A DNA stretch of 64,000 nucleotides from positions 16,177 through 80,176 of the forward strand of contig JAKAAY010000004.1 in assembly GCA_021802055.1 (NCBI GenBank). The letters are read 5' to 3'. A program made the position numbers and the translations under genes. Of this stretch, positions 8,040-16,947 are shown piece by piece; the first letter of the stretch is position 1, and each line of letters begins with the position of its first letter. Source of the stretch: Thermoplasmata archaeon. GTDB taxonomy: Archaea; Thermoplasmatota; Thermoplasmata; Thermoplasmatales; Thermoplasmataceae. The notes beneath the pieces were generated by a model. That model was not told the DNA's origin. It worked only from the letters and a program-made list of their open reading frames with translations, and made no database searches.

Positions 8040-8500
8040 AGCGGGAAACCCCCCACCCATTTCATGGCGGGACGGGACAAACTGCTTATCGAACACGCAC
8101 AGGATGCATCCATTGGCATGCCAGATGGTTATACCCGTTCCCGTACATTGGTTCATTCCACGGACTGTCACCCTGACCGGTGCTAAAGATACAGGAGAAC
8201 GTTAATCGTCACTGTAAACGCAGGTGCGGTTGTAATACCGACCCGCCCCAAGAACATGTCCGGAAGATGCTCAGCATGCGGAAACATAACACATGAGCCG
8301 GGATTAACGGACAGGATGTGCCTCTGGAGCCTGACCATAGACAGAGAGATCAAAGCCGCAATAATATCCACAATGCAGGACTGTGTCAGGGAGGGAAACG
8401 CCACAAGATACGCTCGTGGAGAACAGAGATCTACCAACGCTAACGCGCTCACTGAAATCGGAAGGCCATTATTTCAAGAGCGGGTTTCACCTTAAGATCC
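8040..8500 (+). pseudogene. tnpB: Relic of the 3' half of an IS200/IS605-type tnpB gene plus a decayed right end
   Basis: Broken frames read LLIEHAQDASIGM (compare VVIEDLNVSGM), CSACGNITHEPGLTDRMC...IDREIKAAII (compare CSKCGNIKHDLKLSDRIYHC...MDRDLNAAKNI) and SLKSEGHYFKSG (compare SVKQEPHTLQGW, the +1-frame reading of the 3' end/RE of the copy at 55694-56866). Confidence 0.6.
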
Positions 8501-8553
8501 AGTCTCGCAAGACAGACGTTCCAATTAATTTTATCAGTAAATATTTATCTATA

Positions 8554-8940
8554 ATGCTGCAATTCAGTATGAAAATGCAGGACCCCGCTAAGCACTTTTT
8601 CCGATGCACTGACAGAGAAAGGGCAATATTTGAAGCAGGAATCAAACTGGGAACGGTATATCACCAGTACGTAGGGGTTCCAGTCAACCTGAGCAATGTC
8701 ACGTCCCTGGAAAATGCCATCAAGGAAAGCGTGAAAGTCCAGCCTTTTGTTGAGGATGCCGAGGTCAGGATTGATCCGGACATAGTCAAAAAGAGGCAGG
8801 GCATTTATAAGTATATAACACTCTCTGGAGACATGCTCAGGGTACACATCCGCATTAGATATGGTGCAGAATCTGTGGATGCCTACCTGAAATATGTTGA
8901 TGAAATGGATTATCCTCTTATGTATATTGGAGGAAGCTGA
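8554..8940 (+). CDS. mptD: Archaeal dihydroneopterin aldolase, MptD family (COG2098)
   Basis: CTDRERAIFEAGIKLGTVYHQYVGVPV...YPLMYI matches the MptD pattern. A TATA-like AAATATTTAT lies at 8540-8549, so the start could be ATG 8554, 8569 or 8575. Confidence 0.75.
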   Translation: MLQFSMKMQDPAKHFFRCTDRERAIFEAGIKLGTVYHQYVGVPVNLSNVTSLENAIKESVKVQPFVEDAEVRIDPDIVKKRQGIYKYITLSGDMLRVHIRIRYGAESVDAYLKYVDEMDYPLMYIGGS

Positions 8941-9486
8941 ATGGCGGTCAAGGTAGGAATAACTGGGCCAGTTGGGTCTATCAAGTCCGAAGTGGTCAAA
9001 AAGATTATTGAGATGCTGGAAAACGAGGGCGCAGTTATTCACGGCCTTCTGATGGGTGAACTTTACACAAACAGCAAGATTACGGGTTACACGTTATATG
9101 ATCTCAACACCAAGAAGAAAATTAAATTCGCGGACAGTTCCATCATATCAAGAATAAAGATTGACAAGATCGGGGTGGATACCAGGATACTCGAAGAATT
9201 TGTGGCGCCAAGCCTTGTCAAGGCCCGTGAAGTTGCAGATTACATCGTGATAGATGAAATAGGCAAACTTGAGAATACCACAAAGATTGTCCAGAAGGAG
9301 ATCGATCTCACATTGAACTCCGATAAGCCCCTCATAGTGACACTGCACAAGAAATCGAGGAATCCGGTACTGCAGGAAATAAAGAGCCTGGAAGGCGTCA
9401 GGGTCTTTGACCTGACTCCCATTAATAGAAACATCCTTCCCTTCAAGGTCATCAAAGTCCTTAAGGGGGAAGAAGGAATCGTTTGA
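8941..9486 (+). CDS. THEP1-family nucleoside-triphosphatase homologue with an atypical P-loop
   Basis: VIDEIGKLE (Walker B region) and the C-terminal LTPINRN resemble THEP1/MJ1559. The P-loop reads GPVGSIKS rather than GxxGxGKT. Confidence 0.65.
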   Translation: MAVKVGITGPVGSIKSEVVKKIIEMLENEGAVIHGLLMGELYTNSKITGYTLYDLNTKKKIKFADSSIISRIKIDKIGVDTRILEEFVAPSLVKAREVADYIVIDEIGKLENTTKIVQKEIDLTLNSDKPLIVTLHKKSRNPVLQEIKSLEGVRVFDLTPINRNILPFKVIKVLKGEEGIV

Positions 9487-10535
9487 TCTTCACTGAGGGA
9501 AAGGTAAGAATAAGAGCTGGCCTGGATCAGGGTGGAACAGGTCCAGGAAAAAAGTCACCAGGTTTTTTCAATAGGTCACAGGAGACCAACAGAAACATCA
9601 CCATTGCAGTGCTGAACACGTTCCTTCCCCAGAAGGTGCTGGACGGTTTCGGCGGCACTGGAATAAGAGGCATACGCATTGCGAAAGAGCTCGGCCTTGG
9701 AGTCACCATAGCCGAGCCTGACGAGCGTTCTCTGAGCATAATAAAGGAAAATGCAAAGCTCAATGATGCCGACGTGGAAATTATCTACGGCAGGTTCGAG
9801 GAGATCGCCGCCAGCAGGCGTTTCGACTATGTGGATATTGACCCATATGGCAGCCCAATTTCTTTCCTGTATGATGGAATCAAGAGTGTAAAAAACGGCG
9901 GCATGCTAGGGATCACTGCCACGGATCTTACAGGCCTGACAGGGTCCAGCCCATCCAAGACTTACAGGAGATATGGCGCGAGGATAATCTGCGATAACTT
10001 CAAGCATGAAACTGGCGTCCGTCTCCTGATATCCGCTGTAATAAGGCACGCTGCAGCAATGGACATCGCCGCGGTCCCCGTGCTCTCGGTTTGGAACTCC
10101 CACTACTACAGGCTATTCTTCAGGCTCAGGACAGGTGCAGCGCTTGCGGATCGTCTTATTTCCAGTATTTCAACCGTTGATAAACATGAAATTGTGTCTC
10201 CGGATCTCCCAAGCACACGCGAAGGCCCCCTATGGCTTGGCAATCTGCATCAGCAGGATATAGCCCATATGTTGAAAATACCGCCGTGGATAAGCATTGC
10301 TGACAGGTATCTGGAGTCATTTTCAAGCGACAACCTGGAAGTCTTCTTCATAGATTCTGCGCTTGAAGCATCCTGGAGGAAAGGCGACATGCCACAGATA
10401 AATAAGATAATAAAGCTTCTGACAGAATCAGGCATCAGGTGCGGAAGGACGCAATTTTCTGGCACCGGGATAAAAACCTCTGATCCCGGCGAAACAAGGA
10501 AGACCGTTCAGAGCCTGATTCCCATGCATAGTTGA
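9483..10535 (+). CDS. trm1: tRNA (guanine26-N2)-dimethyltransferase Trm1
   Basis: VLDGFGGTGIRGIR (SAM site), DIDPYGSP and GITATDL are Trm1 signatures. The TTG start overlaps the previous stop by 4 nt. Confidence 0.85.
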   Translation: MIFTEGKVRIRAGLDQGGTGPGKKSPGFFNRSQETNRNITIAVLNTFLPQKVLDGFGGTGIRGIRIAKELGLGVTIAEPDERSLSIIKENAKLNDADVEIIYGRFEEIAASRRFDYVDIDPYGSPISFLYDGIKSVKNGGMLGITATDLTGLTGSSPSKTYRRYGARIICDNFKHETGVRLLISAVIRHAAAMDIAAVPVLSVWNSHYYRLFFRLRTGAALADRLISSISTVDKHEIVSPDLPSTREGPLWLGNLHQQDIAHMLKIPPWISIADRYLESFSSDNLEVFFIDSALEASWRKGDMPQINKIIKLLTESGIRCGRTQFSGTGIKTSDPGETRKTVQSLIPMHS

Positions 10536-10606
10536 TATATTCAGACAGATCAGTAATAGAGATTCAGGCCAAGAAATTTAATTAACAGTATGTACAATGA
10601 CCCGCC

Positions 10607-11425
10607 ATGAACAGGTGGATAGCCATACTCAGGCCCGTCAACGGCGTCATGGGCATAGCGGCCACCTGGATATCGGCCTTCATTGCCGTAGGATTTGGCA
10701 TATCAGCATATCTTGTGCCCGTGAGCATCGGTTCTGCGATCGTGTTCATGGTCACCTCGGGAGGGAACATTTTCAATGATTATCTGGACATTGAAACAGA
10801 TCGGATGAACCATCCCCAGAGACCATTGCCAAAAGGGGAAATAAAAAAGGAGAATGCGCTCGCTGCAGGTATTCTGCTTTTTCTCGTCTCTCCGATCCTT
10901 TCTTTCATTTTCATTAGCTTCATTTCACTTGCCGTAGTCGCCGCAGCAGAGATAGTTCTACTGCTCTATGAAATCAGGACCAAACACCTGGGTCTCACAG
11001 GCAACTTGAGCGTAAGCGTCCTCGTTGGGCTGATCTTTATTTTTGGGGGCATATCAGTCAACTCCGTTTCCAGGATGGTACTGCTCTTTTTCATGGCTGT
11101 CCTGGCAAATCTCTCAAGAGAGGTGATAAAGGATATCGAGGATATGGAAGGAGACGTGGACAGGATGACGTTTCCCAAGTCCCATGGGTTGAAAAGTGCC
11201 CGGATTGTCGCATCAGTTTCAGTGCTGAGCGCAATTGCAGTCTCCTTGGTCCCCTATCTGCTCTCCATTTTTGGGATTGAGTACCTGATTGCCGTGCTGG
11301 TAGCAGATGCTACATTCATAGCATCTCTGCTCCTCATGCCAGGCAACGTGTCCAGGAGCCAGAATGTTTCAAAACTTGCCATGATATTCGGGCTTGCGTC
11401 CTTTGCAATAGGTGGTCTTTTCTGA
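10607..11425 (+). CDS. UbiA-family prenyltransferase, probable digeranylgeranylglyceryl phosphate synthase
   Basis: NIFNDYLDIETDRMNHPQRPLP and a second Asp-rich motif KDIEDMEGD. It has about 8 TMs and sits next to the GGGP synthase gene. Confidence 0.8.
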   Translation: MNRWIAILRPVNGVMGIAATWISAFIAVGFGISAYLVPVSIGSAIVFMVTSGGNIFNDYLDIETDRMNHPQRPLPKGEIKKENALAAGILLFLVSPILSFIFISFISLAVVAAAEIVLLLYEIRTKHLGLTGNLSVSVLVGLIFIFGGISVNSVSRMVLLFFMAVLANLSREVIKDIEDMEGDVDRMTFPKSHGLKSARIVASVSVLSAIAVSLVPYLLSIFGIEYLIAVLVADATFIASLLLMPGNVSRSQNVSKLAMIFGLASFAIGGLF

Positions 11426-11466
11426 GCGTATATTCTGAGATAAGAGGGCTTTCACGAAGAAGAAAG

Positions 11467-12180
11467 GTGCATATGACCCTCATTGATCCCGCTTCCCAGG
11501 ATCCGGCAAGAGCCGGAGAAATTTCCGGGGAGGCAGAGGAAGCGGGCACCGATTTCATAATGGTCGGGGGTTCCACGAATATAGACCAGGGCATGATGGA
11601 CAGAACCATTGACCAAATAAAGGCTTCATGTTCCCGCAGGATCATCATTTTTCCCGGCTCCAGCTCCATGGTGAGCGGCAAGGCCGATGCAATCTACTTC
11701 ATGTCCCTGCTCAACTCAAGGAACCCTGATTTCATAATCAGGCAGCAGGCGAGGGCTTCCCGCTACCTTTTGGGAATGGGACTTGAGACAATTCCCATGG
11801 GCTACATCGTCGTTGAGCCCGGAATGACTGTTGGCAGGGTGGGAGAGGCAGATCTCATCCGCAGCGAGGATCTCAAATCTGCACAGGATTACTCCCTTGC
11901 AGGACAGTTTTTTGGAATGAGGCTGATATATCTGGAAGCAGGGAGCGGAGCCACAAGCCCTGTCCCGCCTGACATGATCTCGGCAGTAAAGGCAGTCCTG
12001 AAAGTACCGCTTATCGTGGGGGGCGGCATCCGGGATCCTTGTGCCGCATCGCGTGCTGCAAAGGCTGGAGCCAACATCATCGTCACGGGAACCATTGCCG
12101 AGAAATCCGCTGAAGTAAGACCGGTTCTTGAGCCGATAATCCAGGCAGTCAGACATAGCAGCAGAGACGATAAAATTTAG
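11467..12180 (+). CDS. Geranylgeranylglyceryl phosphate synthase (PcrB/GGGPS family)
   Basis: FIMVGGST, IIFPGSSS, YLEAGSGA and LIVGGGIRD match GGGPS. Confidence 0.85.
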   Translation: MHMTLIDPASQDPARAGEISGEAEEAGTDFIMVGGSTNIDQGMMDRTIDQIKASCSRRIIIFPGSSSMVSGKADAIYFMSLLNSRNPDFIIRQQARASRYLLGMGLETIPMGYIVVEPGMTVGRVGEADLIRSEDLKSAQDYSLAGQFFGMRLIYLEAGSGATSPVPPDMISAVKAVLKVPLIVGGGIRDPCAASRAAKAGANIIVTGTIAEKSAEVRPVLEPIIQAVRHSSRDDKI

Positions 12181-12202
12181 AACGGCATAGAATTCCACGT
12201 CC

Positions 12203-12448
12203 ATGGTCAGGATAGGGGTAGAGATTGAATATCTCCCCGGAGTTGAGGATCCAGAAGCGCTGAACATTGGAAAGAACCTGCTTATACTGGGATACGACAG
12301 AGTGAAACAGGTCTCTATCAGGAAGACCTATATGCTCGATATATCCGGAAGCAGGGAAGAGGCCGAGAAAATCGCCAGGAATATTGCCGAAAAGTTGCTG
12401 GTCAACAAGATCATTCAAAATTATCGCATCAAAACGGCAGGCGAATGA
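12203..12448 (+). CDS. purS: Phosphoribosylformylglycinamidine synthase subunit PurS
   Basis: 81 aa with the PGVEDPEA motif. It overlaps purL by ATGA. Confidence 0.85.
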   Translation: MVRIGVEIEYLPGVEDPEALNIGKNLLILGYDRVKQVSIRKTYMLDISGSREEAEKIARNIAEKLLVNKIIQNYRIKTAGE

Positions 12449-14748
12449 TGGCAGATAGGAAGTTCAGAGTTAAGAGCGTAAGGCTGAGGGAAGCCGACGA
12501 AAGAAGGCTGATCTCATTGAGTAAACGCTACTCGCTGTCGCTGAACATCGAGGAAATGAGAAGGCTTCAGGAGTACTTCAAGGGGATAGGGAGGGAACCA
12601 ACTGATGTGGAACTTCAGGCAATGGCACAGGCATGGAGCGAACACTGCAGCTACAAGTCCTCGAAGATCTACCTGAAGAAATATCTTGGAAACCTCCGGA
12701 CAGATTACACCATCCTCGCAATGGAAGACGATGCGGGCGTAGTGGAATTCGACAGCGATCACGCATACGTTATAAAGATGGAGAGCCACAATCATCCCAG
12801 TGCTGTGGAGCCATACGGGGGAGCGGCCACCGGCGTAGGGGGCGTCATAAGGGACGTGCTCTGCATGGGCGCCAAGCCAGTTGCGCTCATGGATTCGCTC
12901 TTTTTCGGGAAACCGGACTTTGAAGCCGGGGACAGGCTGTCGACAAGGTTCCTGATGAGAGGAATCGTGGGCGGGATCAGAGACTACGGCAACAGGGTCG
13001 GGATCCCCAATGTGTCCGGATCAGTGGACTTCCACGAGTCATACAACAGCAACCCTCTGGTTAACGCGGGATGCCTGGGCATAGCCAAGAGGAGCGATAT
13101 CCGGAGAAGTTTTGTAACGAAGCCGGGAACTCTGCTTTTACTCGTGGGAGGTCGTACAGGAAGAGACGGCATACATGGTGTGACGTTCGCTTCCCGATCC
13201 ATAAAGGCAGGAGACAAGGAGAATGCAAGATCTGTGCAGCTGGGGAACCCCATTATAAAGGAACCCCTCATCCACGCCATCCTTGAAGCCAACGACAGGG
13301 GACTCATATTAGGCATGAAGGACCTTGGAGGCGGTGGCCTGTCCAGTGCAGTTGGTGAATTTTGCCTGGGAGGTGGTCTTGGCGGTGAAATTGATCTTAC
13401 CGGGGTCAAACTCAAGGAAGAGAGAATGGAACCATGGGAGATATGGATAAGCGAGAGCCAGGAGAGAATGCTTCTGGGAATAGACGAAAAAGACCTTTCC
13501 GCGCTGGTATCCATAACGGATGCCTGGGACGTGGAGAGCTCAGTGATTGGAAGGGTGGTGGAGGGGAACAACCTCAAGATCGAGTTTGAGGGGAAGACTG
13601 TTCTGGATCTTGATCTCAACTTTATGACTTCCGGCCCTCTCTATGCAAGACACTTCCTTGTGCCGGAAAACGTTCCAAGAGACCTTGTGCTTCCAAGGGA
13701 GATGAAGAGATACGACGATCTGATTTTGGAGCTTGCAGGTTCCCCTGCGGGCTGCTCAAGGCAGAGAATCGTGAGACAGTATGACTATACAGTGATGGGA
13801 AGCACCTACAAGGCCCCGCTTACTGGTTTGCCCAATATTGAAACACACTCGGACTCAGCTATTGTCATGCCCGTTTCTGGCTCGAACAAGGGGATATGCA
13901 TCACGTCGGGATCGCTACCGGCGCATTGCGCAGTGGACCCTTACAGGGGCACTCTGTTAGCGCTGTCAGAAGGGTTCAGGAACATCCTCTGTTCGGGAGG
14001 GGATCCCCATTCTCTGGTCGATTCGCTCAATTTTGGCGACCCTGAGGATCCCATGGTTATGGGGCAGTTCATTGAATCTGTCAGGGCGATTGGGGACTTC
14101 TGCAGGAAGCTTGGTATTCCTGTTGTGGCGGGCAACGTGAGTTTTTATAACCGGTCTGGAGGCAATAATATCGCCCCCACTCCAACCATACTCATAGCGG
14201 GGATCATCAATGATGCCGGGAATGCCATACCGAATCATTTCATGGAGCACGGAAGCATAGTTGTGCTTGCAGGCAGGCAGACTCCAGGATTATGCGGAAG
14301 CATGCTCCTCGATCATGTGAAGAAGGGGTGCTCCTCGCATCCTGACGTGGATCTGGATGAGCTGCAGAAGCTTAGAGCAGCGATGCTTGAGGCAGCAGAG
14401 AATAAGCTGATCCTTTCCGCCCATGATGTTACACAGGGAGGGATTGTTATGTCTGCCATGGAGATGTCGCTTGGAAGATCCGTAGGGGTTGACATTGATC
14501 TTACAGACATCTCGAGTTCCAGAAGCCTGGTGAAGATGTTTTCAGAGTCCGGTAACTGCATCCTTCTGGAGGTGAGGGAAGAATTGCTGGAAAGACTCAA
14601 ATCCACATTCAGGGACGTTCAGCTAACAACCATAGGTCGAACAGGAGGGAAACGAATCAAATTCACCGATCTATCGCTGCTTCTGGCCGACGTAGATATT
14701 GAAGAAGCCAGAAATAGATGGGATCACGGGCTGGACGATCTGGTCTAG
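12445..14748 (+). CDS. purL: Phosphoribosylformylglycinamidine synthase II
   Basis: WSEHCSYKSS, ESHNHPSAVEPYGGAATGVGG and two AIR-synthase-like repeats. Confidence 0.95.
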   Translation: MMADRKFRVKSVRLREADERRLISLSKRYSLSLNIEEMRRLQEYFKGIGREPTDVELQAMAQAWSEHCSYKSSKIYLKKYLGNLRTDYTILAMEDDAGVVEFDSDHAYVIKMESHNHPSAVEPYGGAATGVGGVIRDVLCMGAKPVALMDSLFFGKPDFEAGDRLSTRFLMRGIVGGIRDYGNRVGIPNVSGSVDFHESYNSNPLVNAGCLGIAKRSDIRRSFVTKPGTLLLLVGGRTGRDGIHGVTFASRSIKAGDKENARSVQLGNPIIKEPLIHAILEANDRGLILGMKDLGGGGLSSAVGEFCLGGGLGGEIDLTGVKLKEERMEPWEIWISESQERMLLGIDEKDLSALVSITDAWDVESSVIGRVVEGNNLKIEFEGKTVLDLDLNFMTSGPLYARHFLVPENVPRDLVLPREMKRYDDLILELAGSPAGCSRQRIVRQYDYTVMGSTYKAPLTGLPNIETHSDSAIVMPVSGSNKGICITSGSLPAHCAVDPYRGTLLALSEGFRNILCSGGDPHSLVDSLNFGDPEDPMVMGQFIESVRAIGDFCRKLGIPVVAGNVSFYNRSGGNNIAPTPTILIAGIINDAGNAIPNHFMEHGSIVVLAGRQTPGLCGSMLLDHVKKGCSSHPDVDLDELQKLRAAMLEAAENKLILSAHDVTQGGIVMSAMEMSLGRSVGVDIDLTDISSSRSLVKMFSESGNCILLEVREELLERLKSTFRDVQLTTIGRTGGKRIKFTDLSLLLADVDIEEARNRWDHGLDDLV

Positions 14749-14784
14749 GATCGCAGGCGGGTACAGGAAAATTGAATTAAGAGC

Positions 14785-15240
14785 CTACTCGACGGAGGCT
14801 CTGTTAATCCTGACCGGGGTACGGGGCCTGTCATTCCTGTCTGTGGGCACTTTACTTATAGCGTCCACCACTTCCATGCCTGAGACAACCTTACCGAAGA
14901 CCGGGTGCTTCGTGTCCAGATAGTTGTTGTTTACCGTGTTTATGAAGAACTGGCTGCCACCTGTGTTTGGACCGGCATTGGCCATGGATATGGTTCCCCG
15001 GCTATTCCTGTTAGACTTGGTGAACTCATCCTTGATCACGTATCCCGGTCCGCCCGTGCCATCTCCCTTGGGATCGCCGCCCTGGATCATGAAATCTGGT
15101 ATCACTCTGTGAAATATGGTGCCATTATACAACCCGCTCTTAACCAGCTTCAGAAAATTACCTCCGGTTATGGGCATTTCCCTGTCGTTGATTTCCAGCC
15201 GTATATCGCCCATGGTAGTTTCCAGTTTTACTATGGTCAT
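14785..15240 (-). CDS. Cyclophilin-type peptidyl-prolyl cis-trans isomerase
   Basis: [30 protein letters not shown] and HPVFGKV. Confidence 0.95.
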   Translation of the reverse strand: MTIVKLETTMGDIRLEINDREMPITGGNFLKLVKSGLYNGTIFHRVIPDFMIQGGDPKGDGTGGPGYVIKDEFTKSNRNSRGTISMANAGPNTGGSQFFINTVNNNYLDTKHPVFGKVVSGMEVVDAISKVPTDRNDRPRTPVRINRASVE

Positions 15241-15334
15241 GCGATGTAATCACCACGGGAATTATTTATTTATGTCTGGCTCAAAGGAGCTAAGGTGAAT
15301 GGTGCCGGATCATCCCCTAGAGTGCAGGGGAACG

Positions 15335-15448
15335 TTATTTCAAATCAGGCACGTAATCTACAAAAGGCTCATCGCAGTAAGGGCAGTTTCCCTCATTTTC
15401 TTCAATCTCTTCAGGAGTTGCTTCTTTTCTGCAATTCTGGCACATCAT
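15335..15448 (-). CDS. 37-aa zinc-ribbon protein, below the ORF-track cutoff
   Basis: The reverse strand reads MMCQNCRKEATPEEIEENEGNCPYCDEPFVDYVPDLK followed by TAA. There are two CxxC pairs, and a TATA-like TTATTATAT ends about 21 nt upstream of the ATG. Confidence 0.5.
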   Translation of the reverse strand: MMCQNCRKEATPEEIEENEGNCPYCDEPFVDYVPDLK

Positions 15449-15659
15449 ATCTCCCGTATCCTACGTGGATATAATAAGTGAAATGTTCTGCAGTGGATCA
15501 TATAAGTCAGGGATTCCTTGGGTCACATTGAAGAAGACCGTTCCCATGAATGTCCACAGTTGAGAGCCAAAGAAAAAAATGAGGCAAAATATACGGAAGC
15601 CATGCAAATATTCTGAGAGCGTCAACCACATCACGCTCACAAGTTTACATAATTATGGC

Positions 15660-15945
15660 ACTTCCATCAGGTAGTCACCAAAGCCTTGAAATGCCAGTAT
15701 CATGGATGTAATGTGCAAGCCAGAAAATTCGGAGGTTGAGTTTTAGTTCTCCATTCTGAGCAGGGCAATGCACTGCGGGCACATCCAGATTGCGCGCATG
15801 GAGACATGTATGCAACCTTCAGAACTGGAATGAAGTCAAAATTTCTCCACACGTTCTGGCAAAACCATCTGCACCTGAAAGGTCCAGGCGAAAACAGAAC
15901 AAAAAGTGAGAGCCTCACATCCTTCAGGATGGAGAGTATGTGAGT
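15660..15945 (+). pseudogene. tnpB: Second decayed tnpB 3' fragment plus an IS605-type right-end hairpin
   Basis: Hairpin CCTCACATCC-TTCA-GGATGGAGAG (15913-15936) is followed by TATGTGAG. It parallels CCCCACACCC-TTCA-GGGGTGGGAGG-ATGTCAGAG at 56875-56908. Broken frames give SLEMPVSWM, HCGHIQ and NWNEVKIS, resembling IEDLNVSGM, KCGNIK and DLNAAKNI. Confidence 0.45.
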
Positions 15946-16063
15946 CTCCAGAAAAGTGCTTTACTGTTCCAGTGGTGGACAAAATCGGTTATGACAGGAT
16001 CGGACAAATCCCCTCATCCGTTATTGTTTTCTGCAAGGTACAGGTTATATAACCAGAGAGGGC

Positions 16064-16867
16064 ATGCGATCGTTAGTGTCACTTGCCGGGCTCTACTTGA
16101 TACCGCATGGCGATGAGATAATTGACCTCCCGGACGAAAGCAGCCGGGTGATGGCGGATAAGATCATGCAGGTCTGCAGCACAGACGTATCGGATTCTGT
16201 GGCCATCATATCTCCTCATTCTCTCTCGCTGAGCAAGAATGTGTCCGTTATCATGTCAAGCTACCTTAAGGTCAGTTACAGGCTTAAAACTGGGGTCCTC
16301 AGGAGAACCTATGAGAGCGACAGGGCGCTCTCCGAGAGCATTCTCCGCCTTGATCCTGGATTCACGGAGGCCGCATCATTGATCACGTCCTCCGGTCCAA
16401 ATTCCATATTTCCAATGGATTTCGGTACTGCCATACCGCTTCGTTTCTTTGGAAAGAGGAAGATCTCAATGATGGGGCAGCCAAGGGTCCAGAGAAGAGA
16501 CTCACTGGTACATTTTGGGAGAATGTTATTCAGGGCCGTTCAGGGGTATGATCAAAAAGTGTCTGTGATCATCAGTGCGGATCAAGCACACACTCATTCC
16601 TCCAGTGGGCCTTATGGGTATTCACCAGATGCAGCATACTATGATTCTCTCATAACGGAGTCCGTGAAGAACTCCAATCTCTCCCCCCTTTTAGAATTGA
16701 GCGAAGAGACCATTACCCGCGCAAAACCTGACAGTTACTGGAACATGCTGATCCTTCATGGTTTCCTCAGTGAATCGGGGATCAGGACTAAGTTTGACTA
16801 TTACTACGTTGCCGGATATTTCGGGATGCTCCTGGGGCATGGGGAATTGCCCCGTAAATCTCAATGA
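16064..16867 (+). CDS. LigB/Memo-like class III extradiol dioxygenase superfamily protein
   Basis: His-containing motifs IPHGDE, ISPHS and SADQAHTH occur with the spacing typical of the LigB superfamily. The specific function is not assignable. Confidence 0.5.
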   Translation: MRSLVSLAGLYLIPHGDEIIDLPDESSRVMADKIMQVCSTDVSDSVAIISPHSLSLSKNVSVIMSSYLKVSYRLKTGVLRRTYESDRALSESILRLDPGFTEAASLITSSGPNSIFPMDFGTAIPLRFFGKRKISMMGQPRVQRRDSLVHFGRMLFRAVQGYDQKVSVIISADQAHTHSSSGPYGYSPDAAYYDSLITESVKNSNLSPLLELSEETITRAKPDSYWNMLILHGFLSESGIRTKFDYYYVAGYFGMLLGHGELPRKSQ

Positions 16868-16947
16868 GTGAGGGGCCGCTGATACTGAAATAGTAAGAAC
16901 GTTTACTGCCTGTGTAAATTTTATGAGCGGCATCGTGCTGCTGCATT

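Noticed and set aside
8035-8553. Possible RNase P RNA or SRP (7S) RNA in the ORF-poor gap. Motifs noticed: GGGAAACCCCCCACCC resembling CR-I, ACAAACTGCTTATCG resembling CR-V, GTCCGGAAG resembling SRP helix 8, and TGTAAT resembling the Alu-domain U-turn.
   Set aside because: The CR-I-like and CR-V-like motifs are only about 30 nt apart and cannot form P4. The GGAA-containing segment does not fold like helix 8. No terminal helix could be drawn. The interval is better explained by ordered, frame-broken matches to the TnpB C-terminus.
10607-12180. Adjacent DGGGP synthase and GGGP synthase genes as an unusual lipid operon.
   Set aside because: Both are ordinary core ether-lipid genes. They are separated by 41 nt, with no unusual domain content. 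The adjacency is tidy but not evidence of anything new.
15865-15900. GAAAGGTCCAGGCGAAAACAGAAC, superficially like the RNase P motifs GGAAAGUCC and ACAGAA.
   Set aside because: The two motifs are adjacent rather than separated by the specificity and catalytic domains. The segment lies in the tail of a tnpB relic and aligns loosely with AAAGGAGGTC...GTGAAGCAGGAA of the intact copy.
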